From Eledone cirrhosa (lineage: Eukaryota): DNA of 64,000 bases. Position numbers and translations under genes: made by a program. Numbering within the stretch: the stretch's first letter is position 1; each line of letters opens with the position of its first letter. Location of the stretch: NCBI GenBank assembly GCA_964016885.1, contig OZ024746.1, positions 24,862,001-24,926,000 of the forward strand, in the 5' to 3' direction. Shown piece by piece: positions 15,001-27,046 of the stretch. The notes beneath the pieces are model-generated. The model did no database searches. It worked only from the letters and a program-made list of their open reading frames with translations, and was not told the DNA's origin.

Positions 15001-18000
15001 GGCTATTGATGTAGGTGTTGGTTGTCATGTTATATAGACAGGTCAGGCTATTGATGTAGGTGTTGGTTGTCATGTTATATAGACAGGTCAGGCTATTGAT
15101 GTAGGTGTTGGTTGTCATGTTATATAGACAGGTCAGGCTATTGATGTAGGTGTTGGTTGTCATGTTATATAGACAGGTCAGGCTATTGATGTAGGTGTTG
15201 GTTGTCATGTTATATAGACAGGTCAGGCTATTGATGTAGGTGTTGGTTGTCATGTTATATAGACAGGTCAGGCTATTGATGTAGGTGTTGGTTGTCATGT
15301 TATATAGACAGGTCAGGTTATTGATGTAGGTGTTGGTTGCCATGTTATATAGACAGGTCAGGCTATTGATGTGGGTGATGGTTGTCATGATATATAGACA
15401 GGTCAGGCTATTGATGTAGGTGTTGGTTGCCATGTTATATAGACAGGTCAGGCTATTGATGTAGGTGTTGGTTGTCATGTTATATAGACAGGTGAGGCTA
15501 TTGATGTAGGTGTTGGTTGTCATGATATATAGACAGGTCAGGCTATTGATGTAGGTGTTGGTTGCCATGTTATATAGACAGGGCAGGCTATTGATGTAGG
15601 TGTTGGTTGTCATGTTATATAGACAGGTCAGGCTATTGATGTAGGTGTTGGTTGTCATGATATATAGACAGGTCAGGCTATTGATGTAGGTGTTGGTTGT
15701 CATGTTATATAGACAGGTCAGGCTATTGATGTAGGTGTTGGTTGTCATGTTATATAGACAGATCAGGTTATTGATGTAGGTGTTGGTTGTCATGTTATAT
15801 AGACAGGTCAGGCTATTGATGTAGGTGTTGGTTGTCATGATATATAGACAGGTCAGGCTATTGATGTAGGTGTTGGTTGTCATGTTATATAGACAGGTCA
15901 GGCTATTGATGTAGGTGTTGGTTGTCATGTTATATAGACAGGTCAGGCTATTGATGTAGGTGTTAGTTGTCATGTTATATAGACAGGTCAGGCTATTGAT
16001 GTAGGTGTTGGTTGCCATGTTATATAGACAGGTCAGGCTATTGATGTAGGTGTTGGTTGCCATGTTATATAGACAGGTCAGGCTATTGATGTAGGTGTTA
16101 GTTGTCATGTTATATAGACAGGTCAGGCTATTGATGTAGGTGTTGGTTGCCATGTTATATAGACAGGTCAGGCTATTGATGTAGGTGTTGGTTGTCATGT
16201 TATATAGACAGGTCAGGTTATTGATGTAGGTGTTGGTTGTCATGTTATATAGACAGGTCAGACTATTGATGTAGGTGTTGGTTGTCATGTTATATAGACA
16301 GGTCAGGTTATTGATGTAGGTGTTGGTTGTCATGTTATATAGACAGGTCAGGTTATTGATGTAGGTGTTGGTTGTCATGTTATATAGACAGGTCAGGCTA
16401 TTGATGTAGGTGTTAGTTGTCATGTTATATAGACAGGTCAGGCTATTGATGTAGGTGTTGGTTATGATGTTATATAGACAGGTCAAGCTATTGATGTAGG
16501 TGTTAGTTGTCATGTTATATAGACAGGTCAGGCTATTGATGTAGGTGTTGGTTATCATGTTATATAGACAGGTCAGGCTATTGATGTAGGTGTTGGTTGT
16601 CATGTTATATAGACAGGTCAGGCTATTGATGTAGGTGTTGGTTGTCATGTTATATAGACAGGTCAGGCTATTGATGTAGGTGTTGGTTGTCATGTTATAT
16701 AGACAGGTCAGGCTATTGATGTAGGTGTTGGTTGTCATGTTATATAGACAGGTCAGGCTATTGATGTAGGTGTTGGTTATCATGTTATATAGACAGGTCA
16801 GGCTATTGATGTAGGTGTTGGTTATCATGTTATATAGACAGGTCAGGCTATTGATGTAGGTGTTGGTTGTCATGTTATATAGACAGGTCAGGTTATTGAT
16901 GTAGGTGTTGGTTGTCATGTTATATAGACAGGTCAGGCTATTGATGTAGGTGTTGGTTATCATGTTATATAGACAGGTCAGGCTATTGATGTAGGTGTTG
17001 GTTATCATGTTATATAGACAGGTCAGGCTATTGATGTAGGTGTTGGTTGTCATGTTATATAGACAGGTCAGGCTATTGATGTAGGTGTTGGTTGTCATGA
17101 TATATAGACAGGTCAGGCTATTGATGTAGGTGTTGGTTATCATGTTATATAGACAGGTCAGGTTATTGATGTAGGTGTTGGTTGTCATGTTATATAGACA
17201 GGTCAGGCTATTGATGTAGGTGTTGGTTGTCATGATATATAGACAGGTCAGGCTATTGATGTAAGTGTTGGTTGTCATGTTATATAGACAGGTCAGGTTA
17301 TTGATGTAGGTGTTGGTTGTCATGTTATATAGACAGGTCAGGCTATTGATGTAGGTGTTGGTTGTCATGTTATATAGAGAGGTCAGGCTATTGATGTAGG
17401 TGTTGGTTGTCATGTTATATAGACAGGTCAGGTTATTGATGTAGGTGTTGGTTGTCATGTTATATAGACAGGTCAGGCTATTGATGTAGGTGTTGGTTGT
17501 CATGTTATATAGAGAGGTCAGGCTATTGATGTAGGTGTTGGTTGTCATGATATATAGACAGGTCAGGCTATTGATGTAAGTGTTGGTTGTCATGTTATAT
17601 AGACAGGTCAGGTTATTGATGTAGGTGTTGGTTGTCATGTTATATAGACAGGTCAGGCTATTGATGTAGGTGTTGGTTGTCATGTTATATAGAGAGGTCA
17701 GGCTATTGATGTAGGTGTTGGTTGTCATGATATATAGACAGGTCAGGCTATTGATGTAAGTGTTGGTTGTCATGTTATATAGACAGGTCAGGTTATTGAT
17801 GTAGGTGTTGGTTGTCATGTTATATAGACAGGTCAGGCTATTGATGTAGGTGTTGGTTGTCATGTTATATAGACAGGTCAGGCTATTGATGTAAGTGTTG
17901 GTTGTCATGTTATATAGACAGGTCAGGTTATTGATGTAGGTGTTGGTTGTCATGTTATATAGACAGGTCAGGCTATTGATGTAGGTGTTGGTTGTCATGT

Positions 18001-21000
18001 TATATAGAGAGGTCAGGCTATTGATGTAGGTATTGGTTGTCATGATATATAGACAGGTCAGGCTATTGATGTAGGTGTTGGTTATCATGTTATATAGACA
18101 GGTCAGGCTATTGATGTAGGTGTTGGTTGTCATGTTATATAGACAGGTCAGGCTATTGATGTAGGTGTTGGTTGTCATGTTATATAGACAGGTCAGGTTA
18201 TTGATGTAGGTGTTGGTTATCATGTTATATAGACAGGTCAGGCTATTGATGTAGGTGTTAGTTGTCATGTTATATAGACAGGTCAAGCTATTGATGTAGG
18301 TGTTAGTTGTCATGTTATATAGACAGGTGAGGCTATTGATGTAGGTGTTGGTTGTCATGTTATATAGACAGGTCAGGCTATTGATGTAGGTGTTGGTTGT
18401 CATGTTATATAGACAGGTCAGGTTATTGATGTAGGTGTTGGTTATCATGTTATATAGACAGGTCAGGCTATTGATGTAGGTGTTAGTTGTCATGTTATAT
18501 AGACAGGTCAAGCTATTGATGTAGGTGTTAGTTGTCATGTTATATAGACAGGTCAAGCTATTGATGTAGGTGTTGGTTGCCATGTTATATAGACAGGTCA
18601 GGCTATTGATGTAGGTGTTGGTTGTCATGATATATAGACAGGTCAGGCTATTGATGTAGGTGTTGGTTGCCATGTTATATAGACAGGTCAGGCTATTGAT
18701 GTAGGTGTTAGTTGTCATGTTATATAGACAGGTCAGGTTATTGATGTAGGTGTTGGTTGCCATGTTATATAGACAGGTCAGGTTATTGATGTAGGTGTTG
18801 GTTGTCATGTTATATAGACAGGTGAGGCTATTGATGTAGGTGTTGGTTGTCATGATATATAGACAGGTCAGGCTATTGATGTAGGTGTTAGTTGTCATGT
18901 TATATAGACAGGTCAGGCTATTGATGTAGGTGTTAGTTGTCATGTTATATAGACATGTCAGGCTATTGATGTAGGTGTTGGTTGCCATGTTATATAGACA
19001 GGTCAGGCTATTGATGTAGGTGTTGGTTGTCATGTTATATAGACAGGTCAGGCTATTGATGTAGGTGTTGGTTGCCATGTTATATAGACAGGTCAGGCTA
19101 TTGATGTAGGTGTTGGTTAGCATGTTATATAGACAGGTCAGGCTATTGATGTAGGTGTTGGTTGTCATGTTATATAGACAGGTCAGGCTATTGATGTAGG
19201 TGTTGGTTATCATGTTATATAGACAGGTCAGGCTATTGATGTAGGTGTTGGTTGTCATGTTATATAGACAGGTCAGGCTATTGATGTAGGTGTTGGTTAG
19301 CATGTTATATAGACAGGTCAGGCTATTGATGTAGGTGTTGGTTGTCATGTTATATAGACAGGTCAGGCTATTGATGTAGGTGTTGGTTGTCATGTTATAT
19401 AGACAGGTCAGGCTATTGATGTAGGTGTTGGTTGTCATGTTATATAGACAGGTCAGGCTATTGATGTAGGTGTTGGTTAGCATGTTATATAGACAGGTCA
19501 GGCTATTGATGTAGGTGTTGGTTAGCATGTTATATAGACAGGTCAGGCTATTGATGTAGGTGTTGGTTGTCATGTTATATAGACAGGTCAGGCTATTGAT
19601 GTAGGTGTTGGTTAGCATGTTATATAGACAGGTCAGGCTATTGATGTAGGTGTTGGTTGTCATGTTATATAGACAGGTCAGGCTATTGATGTAGGTGTTG
19701 GTTGTCATGTTATATAGACAGGTCAGGCTATTGATGTAGGTGTTGGTTGTCATGTTATATAGACAGGTCAGGCTATTGATGTAGGTGTTGGTTAGCATGT
19801 TATATAGACAGGTCAGGCTATTGATGTAGGTGTTGGTTAGCATGTTATATAGACAGGTCAGGCTATTGATGTAGGTGTTGGTTGTCATGTTATATAGACA
19901 GGTCAGGCTATTGATGTAGGTGTTGGTTAGCATGTTATATAGACAGGTCAGGCTATTGATGTAGGTGTTGGTTGTCATGTTATATAGACAGGTCAGGTTA
20001 TTGATGTAGGTGTTGGTTGTCATGTTATATAGACAGGTCAGGCTATTGATGTAGGTGTCGGTTGTCATGTTATATAGACAGGTCAGGCTATTGATGTAGG
20101 TGTTGGTTGTCATGTTATATAGACAGGTCAGGCTATTGATGTAGGTGTTGGTTATCATGTTATATAGACAGGTCAGGCTATTGATGTAGGTGTTGGTTGT
20201 CATGATATATAGACAGGTCAGGCTATTGATGTGGGTGTTAGTTGTCATGTTATATAGACAGGTCAGGCTATTGATGTAGGTGTTGGTTGTCATGTTATAT
20301 AGACAGGTCAGGCTATTGATGTGGGTGTTGGTTATGATGTTATATAGACAGGTCAGGCTATTGATGTAGGTGTTAGTTGTCATGTTATATAGACAGGTCA
20401 GGCTATTGATGTAGGTGTTGGTTGTCATGTTATATAGACAGGTCAGGCTATTGATGTAGGTGTTAGTTGTCATGTTATATAGACAGGTCAGGCTATTGAT
20501 GTAGGTGTTGGTTGTCATGTTATATAGACAGGTCAGGCTATTGATGTAGGTGTTGGTTGTCATGTTATATAGACAGGTCAGGCTATTGATGTAGGTGTTG
20601 GTTAGCATGTTATATAGACAGGTCAGGCTATTGACGTAGGTGTTGGTTGTCATGTTATATAGACAGGTCAGGCTATTGATGTAGGTGTTAGTTGTCATGT
20701 TATATAGACAGGTCAGGCTATTGACGTAGGTGTTGGTTGTCATGTTATATAGACAGGTCAGGCTATTGATGTAGGTGTTAGTTGTCATGTTATATAGACA
20801 GGTCAGGCTATTGACGTAGGTGTTGGTTGTCATGTTATATAGACAGGTCAGGCTATTGATGTAGGTGTTGGTTATCATGTTATATAGACAGGTCAGGCTA
20901 TTGATGTAGGTGTTGGTTATATGATGTTATATAGACAGGTCAGGCTATTGATGTAGGTGTTAGTTGTCATGTTATATAGACAGGTCAGGCTATTGATGTA

Positions 21001-21230
21001 GGTGTTGGTTGTCATGTTATATAGACAGGTCAGGCTATTGATGTAGGTGTTAGTTATCATGTCATATAGACAGGTCAGGCTATTGATGTAGGTGTTGGTT
21101 GTCATGTTATATAGACAGGTCAGGCTACTGATGTAGGTGTTGGTTGTCATGTTATATAGACAGGTCAGGCTATTGATGTAGGTGTTGGTTATCATGTTAT
21201 ATAGACAGGTCAGTTTACTGATGTGGGTGA
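1..21230. repeat. 45-bp tandem satellite, about 470 units, continuing beyond the left edge of the window
   Basis: Consensus GTCATGTTATATAGACAGGTCAGGCTATTGATGTAGGTGTTGGTT is repeated head-to-tail with scattered point variants. Indels seen at ~6803 (-3), ~10109 (-2), ~13167 (-2) and ~20920 (+2). The array decays at ~21212-21235. Confidence 0.99.
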
Positions 21231-21249
21231 TGGCTGGCAGTCATATTAA

Positions 21250-22300
21250 ATAGCAGACGATCACTTACCATCGCCAGCAGAGATCCTATTCAATAGAAAA
21301 ATAAGAACATGACTTCCAACTATGTTGAACACTGACACCTCAAAAGACAATCAAATCCGAAAAAGGATGAACGTTAAAAGCCAGAAACAACAACAATGCA
21401 AAAGACCTTCGTAAATGAGTTATAGGTAACAAAGTGCCTATCCTTTCAAGAAAATAATTGTTTCTACTTTTGGCACAAGGCCAGCAATTATCTCAGTGCA
21501 TTACTTGTACTTTATTTTATCGACCCATTAAGGATGAAAGGCAAAGTTAACCTCGGCGGGATTTGAACTCGGATCATAAAGCGATGTAACTCTATGCTGG
21601 AAAGAATGGCGTCCTACCCTCTACCGATACTGCCAATCCACTGCCCTTTCAAGCAGATAATTGTTTCTACTTTTGGCACAAGGCCAGCAATTATCCTAGT
21701 GTATTACTGGTACTTTATTTTATCGACCCTGTAAGGATGAAAGGCAAAGTTAACGTCGGCGGGATTTGAACTCAAACCATAAAGGGCCGTAACTCTTTGC
21801 TGCAAAGCATGGTGTCCGACCCTCTACCGATACTGCCAATCCAAGCAAATAATTGTTTCTACTTTTTGGCACAATGCCAGCAATTACCCAGTACATTACT
21901 GGTACTTTATTTTATCGACCCCGTAAGGATGAAAGGCAAAGTTAACCTCGGCGGGATTTGAACTCAGAATGGCAAGGGCCGTAACTCTATGCGTCAAAGC
22001 ATGGCATCCGACCCTCTACCGATACTGCCAATTCGCAAATAATACATGGCAACCAGCAACAGCCATTAACAAATAGACAGAACCACGTAGCTATAACGTC
22101 AGACGCAACAAGCAACTCCTGCAGGAGTTTTACAGTCCACAGAAACGGGTCACCGGCAGGTTACTAGATCAACATATCAATGACAATAATCAAACAATAT
22201 CGACCTACAGGAGCGTTGACCCCACAACTAACGTCAGCACTCCAACTACTACAGCTAGCACATTGATTAATTCATAATTTCGAAATTATCATTTGATAAA
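21250..22300 (+). mobile_element. Degenerate Ty3/Gypsy LTR-retrotransposon integrase C-terminal relic, interrupted by SINEs
   Basis: Manual translation gives LPSPAEILFNRKIRT*LP (~21265-21320) and, after the SINE block, TWQPATAINK*TEPRSYNV and RRNKQLL (~22044-22120). These match the Gypsy integrase SPAELLxGRxxRTxLP and W...PRSYxV...RRN motifs. Internal stops are present. Confidence 0.75.
21453..22035 (-). mobile_element. Three head-to-tail copies of a tRNA-derived SINE (family A)
   Basis: Three ~190-bp copies (~21453-21640, ~21656-21842, ~21849-22035). The reverse strand has A-box-like TGGCAGTATCGGTAGAG and B-box GAGTTCAAATCCCGCC, followed by GCCTTTCATCC...GGGTCGATAAAATAAAGTAC. Confidence 0.85.
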
Positions 22301-22639
22301 GAGGATGTTAACATGACAACTATATTTTGATAAATTATGTCCCATATTGTTTTTAAAAAAAAAGATGTTGCGTGATTTTATAATTAAAAAAAAGGTAACC
22401 AAGATGGCGAAATAAAATAACGTTTAAACATGTCTGCTTTATTTGTGTAAAACATGTCTCACGGGTAATAAATTCATGTCATGAAATGTCACAAAAACAC
22501 TACATCAGCTAAGGTTTCGGTAGACAGGTCAGGTCATTACACAAATTAGCCTATGGATACTGCGGTGGTTTAAAAATAAGTTTGTTCCAAATTCAGAACT
22601 TAACTCTGTTTCATTAGCGTTATGCGACCTGGAGTAATA

Positions 22640-22845
22640 AAACTCATTCCTGGAACGCCATCGCAGGATTAACCCCCAGTAACTTCTGCAGGTACTTATT
22701 TTCAGCAGAGTTGAATTGAGTAACGTGAAATGAAGTGTGTTTTTTTTTTGTTCAAAAACAATGAATTACCAGGTCACTCTATCGAGAAATTGAACCCATG
22801 ACATTATGATCGTAACTCCAACACCTTAACCATTAGACAGCACGC
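22640..22845 (-). mobile_element. Degenerate tRNA-derived SINE (family B)
   Basis: Similar to the family B copy at 56480-56730 (GGTACTYATTTTCAGC...TGAAATRAAGTGT...AATTGAAC...TAACCA). Confidence 0.6.
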
Positions 22846-23629
22846 TAAAAGTAGCACCAGACAAAGTTGACCACAGCGGGATTTGAACTCAGAATTTAAA
22901 ATGACGCATTCTAAATGGTGTAAATAATTTTACTGATTTTGCCAATGATGAAGATGATAACTAGGAATTCGTTAAAGCAAATGACTCCAGCCCCCTACGT
23001 AAAAAAAAGCCTTAACAAATCAAATACATTTTATTGTAACCTCATAACAAGATGAAACGTTCCAAGTTAATAAATATCAACTGCTTATCAAACTTACTAG
23101 ATTATGTCTTCATGTTGCCAAATTATTGCGACCGGAGTCAAAAAAAACGGTTAGAGAGAAAGTGTATCGAAACTGATTTGCTCCTAAGTATGAATTGATG
23201 TCATAATTTGTTGTTTTACGGTGACGTCACTGTTGAAAAGCAATTAGGTTAATAAGGAAAGCACCCCCTCCAAATGTCTCTCTCTTCCATTATGCAATGT
23301 CTTTTTTTGTAGTTAAAAAAATATTTCGGTTTCATAATAACTCGAGTCTAATATGTAAGTCGTATATAAACATTGTAACGAGGCGGCGAATTAGCAGAGT
23401 TATTAGATCGTAATACCGGCTCTGTGTTGAAATCCTGCTGAGGTTAACTTAGCTTCTCATCTTTTCGAGGTTGATGAACAAAAAAAAGTACTAGTCCTTC
23501 TTCCCCTATATCTTTCTCACTTCCCATCTCTCACTCATTTTTTATAATTTGTTAATCGAATAAATAAACTTTTGAACATGATTTTTTTTTAATAATTATT
23601 TTTTAAATCCTATTATTATCTAAAGAATA

Positions 23630-23835
23630 TTGGTGGGTTGGCCGTATAGTTAGAGTGCTGGACAAAATGCTTCGTATTGTTTGGTTCCGACTCTTTACAT
23701 TCTGAGTTCAAAACCCGCCGAGGTTAGCTTTGCCATTCATCCTTACGGGGTCGAAAAAATAAAGTACCAATAACGTACAGGAGTCGATTTAATCGATTTT
23801 CCCCTTTCACCCAAATTGTTGGCCTTGTGCCATCA
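23630..23835 (+). mobile_element. tRNA-derived SINE (family A); a more decayed copy lies at ~23380-23500
   Basis: TGGCCGTATAGTTAGAG...GAGTTCAAAACCCGCCGAGGTTAGCTTTGCCATTCATCCTTACGGGGTCG...GGCCTTGTGCC. Confidence 0.8.
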
Positions 23836-24999
23836 GAAACCATATTTTTGTATATTATATTTATAAGGTGCCTACCAAAAATTTATTTATTATATGTATG
23901 TACTTTTATATTTTATTTTTCCTACCGATTATCAATGACAGAGTTTTGTATAAATTTATTTCATCGAATTTAATTTTCAATAGATTTTTTATCTTAAAAA
24001 AAATTATTATCTAAAGAAAAGAAGCCGATAACTTTTTAACCGGTCAATAACTTGCTCTTCCTAATCGTTGCACAGCATATTAATGCCTTAAGAGTAACGG
24101 AGCGCATTGCAAGGTGTGAACTACCTGACAGTAATTATGTGTTATCAATGAAAAAATGGTGTGAATTATTTTCTTTATGAATAAACAAAAATAATTGCTT
24201 ATTTGTTTGTTAGTTTTTTGTTGTTTTTTAAATTTCATTAATATGATCGTAATTTACACTTTCAAAAACATATCTCTGCAAAAATTTCATTCAAAACATG
24301 TTTTATGAAACTTATGACGAAACAAAGGGTAAACACGAAACTAGTTGTCAAATATTTTGTTCTTACGCAAACTTTTATACAGATAAGTACTAATTTCTGT
24401 TTTTAAAAAAAAATCAAGAAATATTTACAATGTCATCAAGAAGGGTAAATGAATTATTTTGAAAGTTAAATTGAAAAAGTTCTATACGCTACTGTCGGAA
24501 AATAGGTTACAATAATATGAAATTGAAAACTATTTGATTGTTCGCCAATTCCACATATTTGTAAAATAAAAAAAATGAATCCATAGACTGAAAGAAAATG
24601 TTTACATGGAGTAGCAGTAATAGCGAATCCAATGCAGCAACACCATACATCATAAAGACATTAAATTTTGTGAATAAGACGTCAGCTGAATTCTTGTTTG
24701 TATGTATGTCTGAAGTTTCACACACGGATCGATATTTGTATTTCACTTTCTCCTTTATCCCTTCTATGTAAAATTCATTTTGATTTTATTGTCGATTTGC
24801 ATTTCCATTCAGTTTCATTTTATTGTAGGCCATTTTCAACTAGTCTCTCTCCATGTGTTCAACGTGAAATCTGGATTCTTCACATTTTCCCTAAAACGAC
24901 AGTCTGAGTTGTTTGATTCAACCCCAACTACTGCTCATCTCAGGTCGGTAATCAACTCAGTTCCAATCAATGGATGATCACCAAACTCAAAGGCTGCCA

Positions 25000-25690
25000 A
25001 TAACAAATTCAACGAATTTGACATTAAAGGGGCTATTTGCCTCCTCTCTGTTATCTCTCACCCAGTGTACTACTGATTCACTCAATAGACTGAGGGTGAA
25101 ACATCCTCTGGCCCTTCCGGATGACTACTTACACTGGCCCAACCCACCAGGTTATTTACAGCCTATTTTCACCCCAGATAACATCAGGAAAGCGACCATA
25201 TCCTTTCCTGTAAGTTCTGGTGTAGGGATTGATGGTCTACGATCTCCATATCCTTTCCTGTAAGTTCTGGTGTAGGGATTGATGGTCTACGATCTCCATA
25301 TCCTTTCCTGTAAGTTCTGGTGTAGGGATTGATGGTCTACGATCTCAGTACCTCAATGATGATATCTCCTTGTAAGCCTTGAGCTCTTGGAAAACCTCAC
25401 TCAATTCATTAACTTCTCATCTGAGAATGTCCTCCCTTAAATTCACCCCTTGTCCTTTGTGGTTAAACTTCGGCCTCACAAAGCCCAATGGCAACCTCTG
25501 CCCCACAGCAGTTTGGTGCACACTGCAAAAGTATGTCTATCCTCAATTTCAGACAGCCTGTCCATTGAATTTTCCCTTAATCAACTAGGAGTGGATACCA
25601 AGCTGGGTTGTGAGGCTGCTGCTCACACAACCAGAGCATTTACCAACTTGCCTTCTGAAAACCCCAAGGTTATTCTTAAGCTAGATCTCT
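25000..25690 (+). mobile_element. Degenerate reverse-transcriptase fragment of a CRE-like (REL-endonuclease class) non-LTR retrotransposon
   Basis: Frameshifted pieces read SSGVGIDGLRS(QYL), LTKPNGNLCPTAVWCTL and QLGVDTKLGCEAAAHTTRAF...KVILKLDL. They resemble the GPDGLRPQHL, GGIRPIAVG and QLGVG..GGCEAAVH..R...KLDF motifs of CRE-type RTs. Confidence 0.7.
25196..25346. repeat. Perfect triple tandem repeat of 50 bp inside the CRE-like relic
   Basis: CCATATCCTTTCCTGTAAGTTCTGGTGTAGGGATTGATGGTCTACGATCT occurs three times. Confidence 0.95.
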
Positions 25691-26450
25691 TCCTCCCATC
25701 CCATGTCACAGGATATGAAAAGACTCATGGGCACAACCCTTTCTCCTCTGACTAAACTGTTATCTGGTTCCTCCAGCCTCACTGTAACAGGCCACTATAC
25801 TCTTTCATCTTTCTCTGGCAAGGGCTGGTGCTTGAAACTCCCACACAGATCATCTTTTAGTGTGGGTCTCCAGATCTTCTTTGGCCTACCCTTTTGGTAT
25901 TTTCCCACCAGCCACTGCAATTCTTGTTGGCATATTGTCCCCCATTCAAAGAACAGGCCCTGATTAAACAGTAAAAATTAAAATTAACAAGGCCAGACTG
26001 CCTCACTGGGTGGCATTTCATTTATGGGCCAGGTTGTTGTCATCATCATTTAACGTTCATATTCCATGCTAGCATGGGTTAGGCGGTTTTGTTCTATTTG
26101 ATGTGGGAATGGTCGGGAGACCATGTCTTGCTCGTACGGAAGTGTCTCTGGCAGGTTTTTTTTACAGCTGGAAACCCTTCCTAACACCAGTCTTAGACAA
26201 GTTAACTCTAAGGCCTTGATTCTAGGCCATGCTTCGATGTTTGGAACTTCTCTAGTTCAGCCATGAATTCAGTTATAAGAGTTAGATCATCTACATACAG
26301 AAGTTCCCATGGGTGCCATCATACACTACAATTCATTGTCTGTCTTCCCCTCTTTCAACAAGCCATTCTCAATTCTATTCTTTCCAGCATTCTCAACTGT
26401 TCCATGATCATCACTCATGTCTCACTCCTATAAACCATGGCACTTCTCAC

Positions 26451-26546
26451 ACGAGTCAGCTGAAAAGTTCATAGGCTGACACTAGAGCTGTGAAATTGTG
26501 CCAACATCATTTGATCAACCTAAGAACTTTTCAACTGACCTTCATA
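26451..26546. mobile_element. Short mariner-like MITE
   Basis: Imperfect inverted ends TCAGCTGAAAAGTTCATAGGCTGA ... TCAACCTAAGAACTTTTCAACTGA. Confidence 0.55.
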
Positions 26547-27046
26547 CATAGATCTAATCATTTACATATGTTGTAGAAGTGAACTAATATTTTGGTGTTA
26601 TACATGTTTAACAAGTGACTTGATCTGAGACTGGGTGTTGATTACTTAACCCTTCAATGAGAAAGTTAGTTATATTGCTAAATTAGAACACAGGCATTGT
26701 TTCATTAGAAAAATGATAACAAAGGTTTATATTTACCTAAAAACCTTCCATCATAATCTTATGTAAGAACTTTAAAGATATATTTTTTAAAACACCAGAT
26801 TAAAGATAAGAAAATATTACTATATCTATCCAAATTTGTGATAAATTTTTAAATGATTTGAAAACTATAGGCAGGGTCTTTAATTAGAAAGATAGGTAAT
26901 AAAAGGGTTAAGCAATTACATAATGAAAGAGTAATTTTAGCCATTCCTCCGTCTAATTGATAAAAGAAATGAGCATTTTAAGGCAGTTTTTCCTGCTAAA
27001 GTAGGGCTTAGCCTTGCAGCACCCCATAAGCTTCTCTATTTGTCCT

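Noticed and set aside
10102-21195. 1012-aa, 2572-aa and 92-aa ORFs as protein-coding genes
   Set aside because: They are pure translations of a 45-bp satellite whose length is a multiple of 3. They have no unique domain and are broken by frameshifts. Kept only as a low-confidence finding.
1-21230. CRISPR array
   Set aside because: There are no unique spacers and no cas genes, and the context is eukaryotic.
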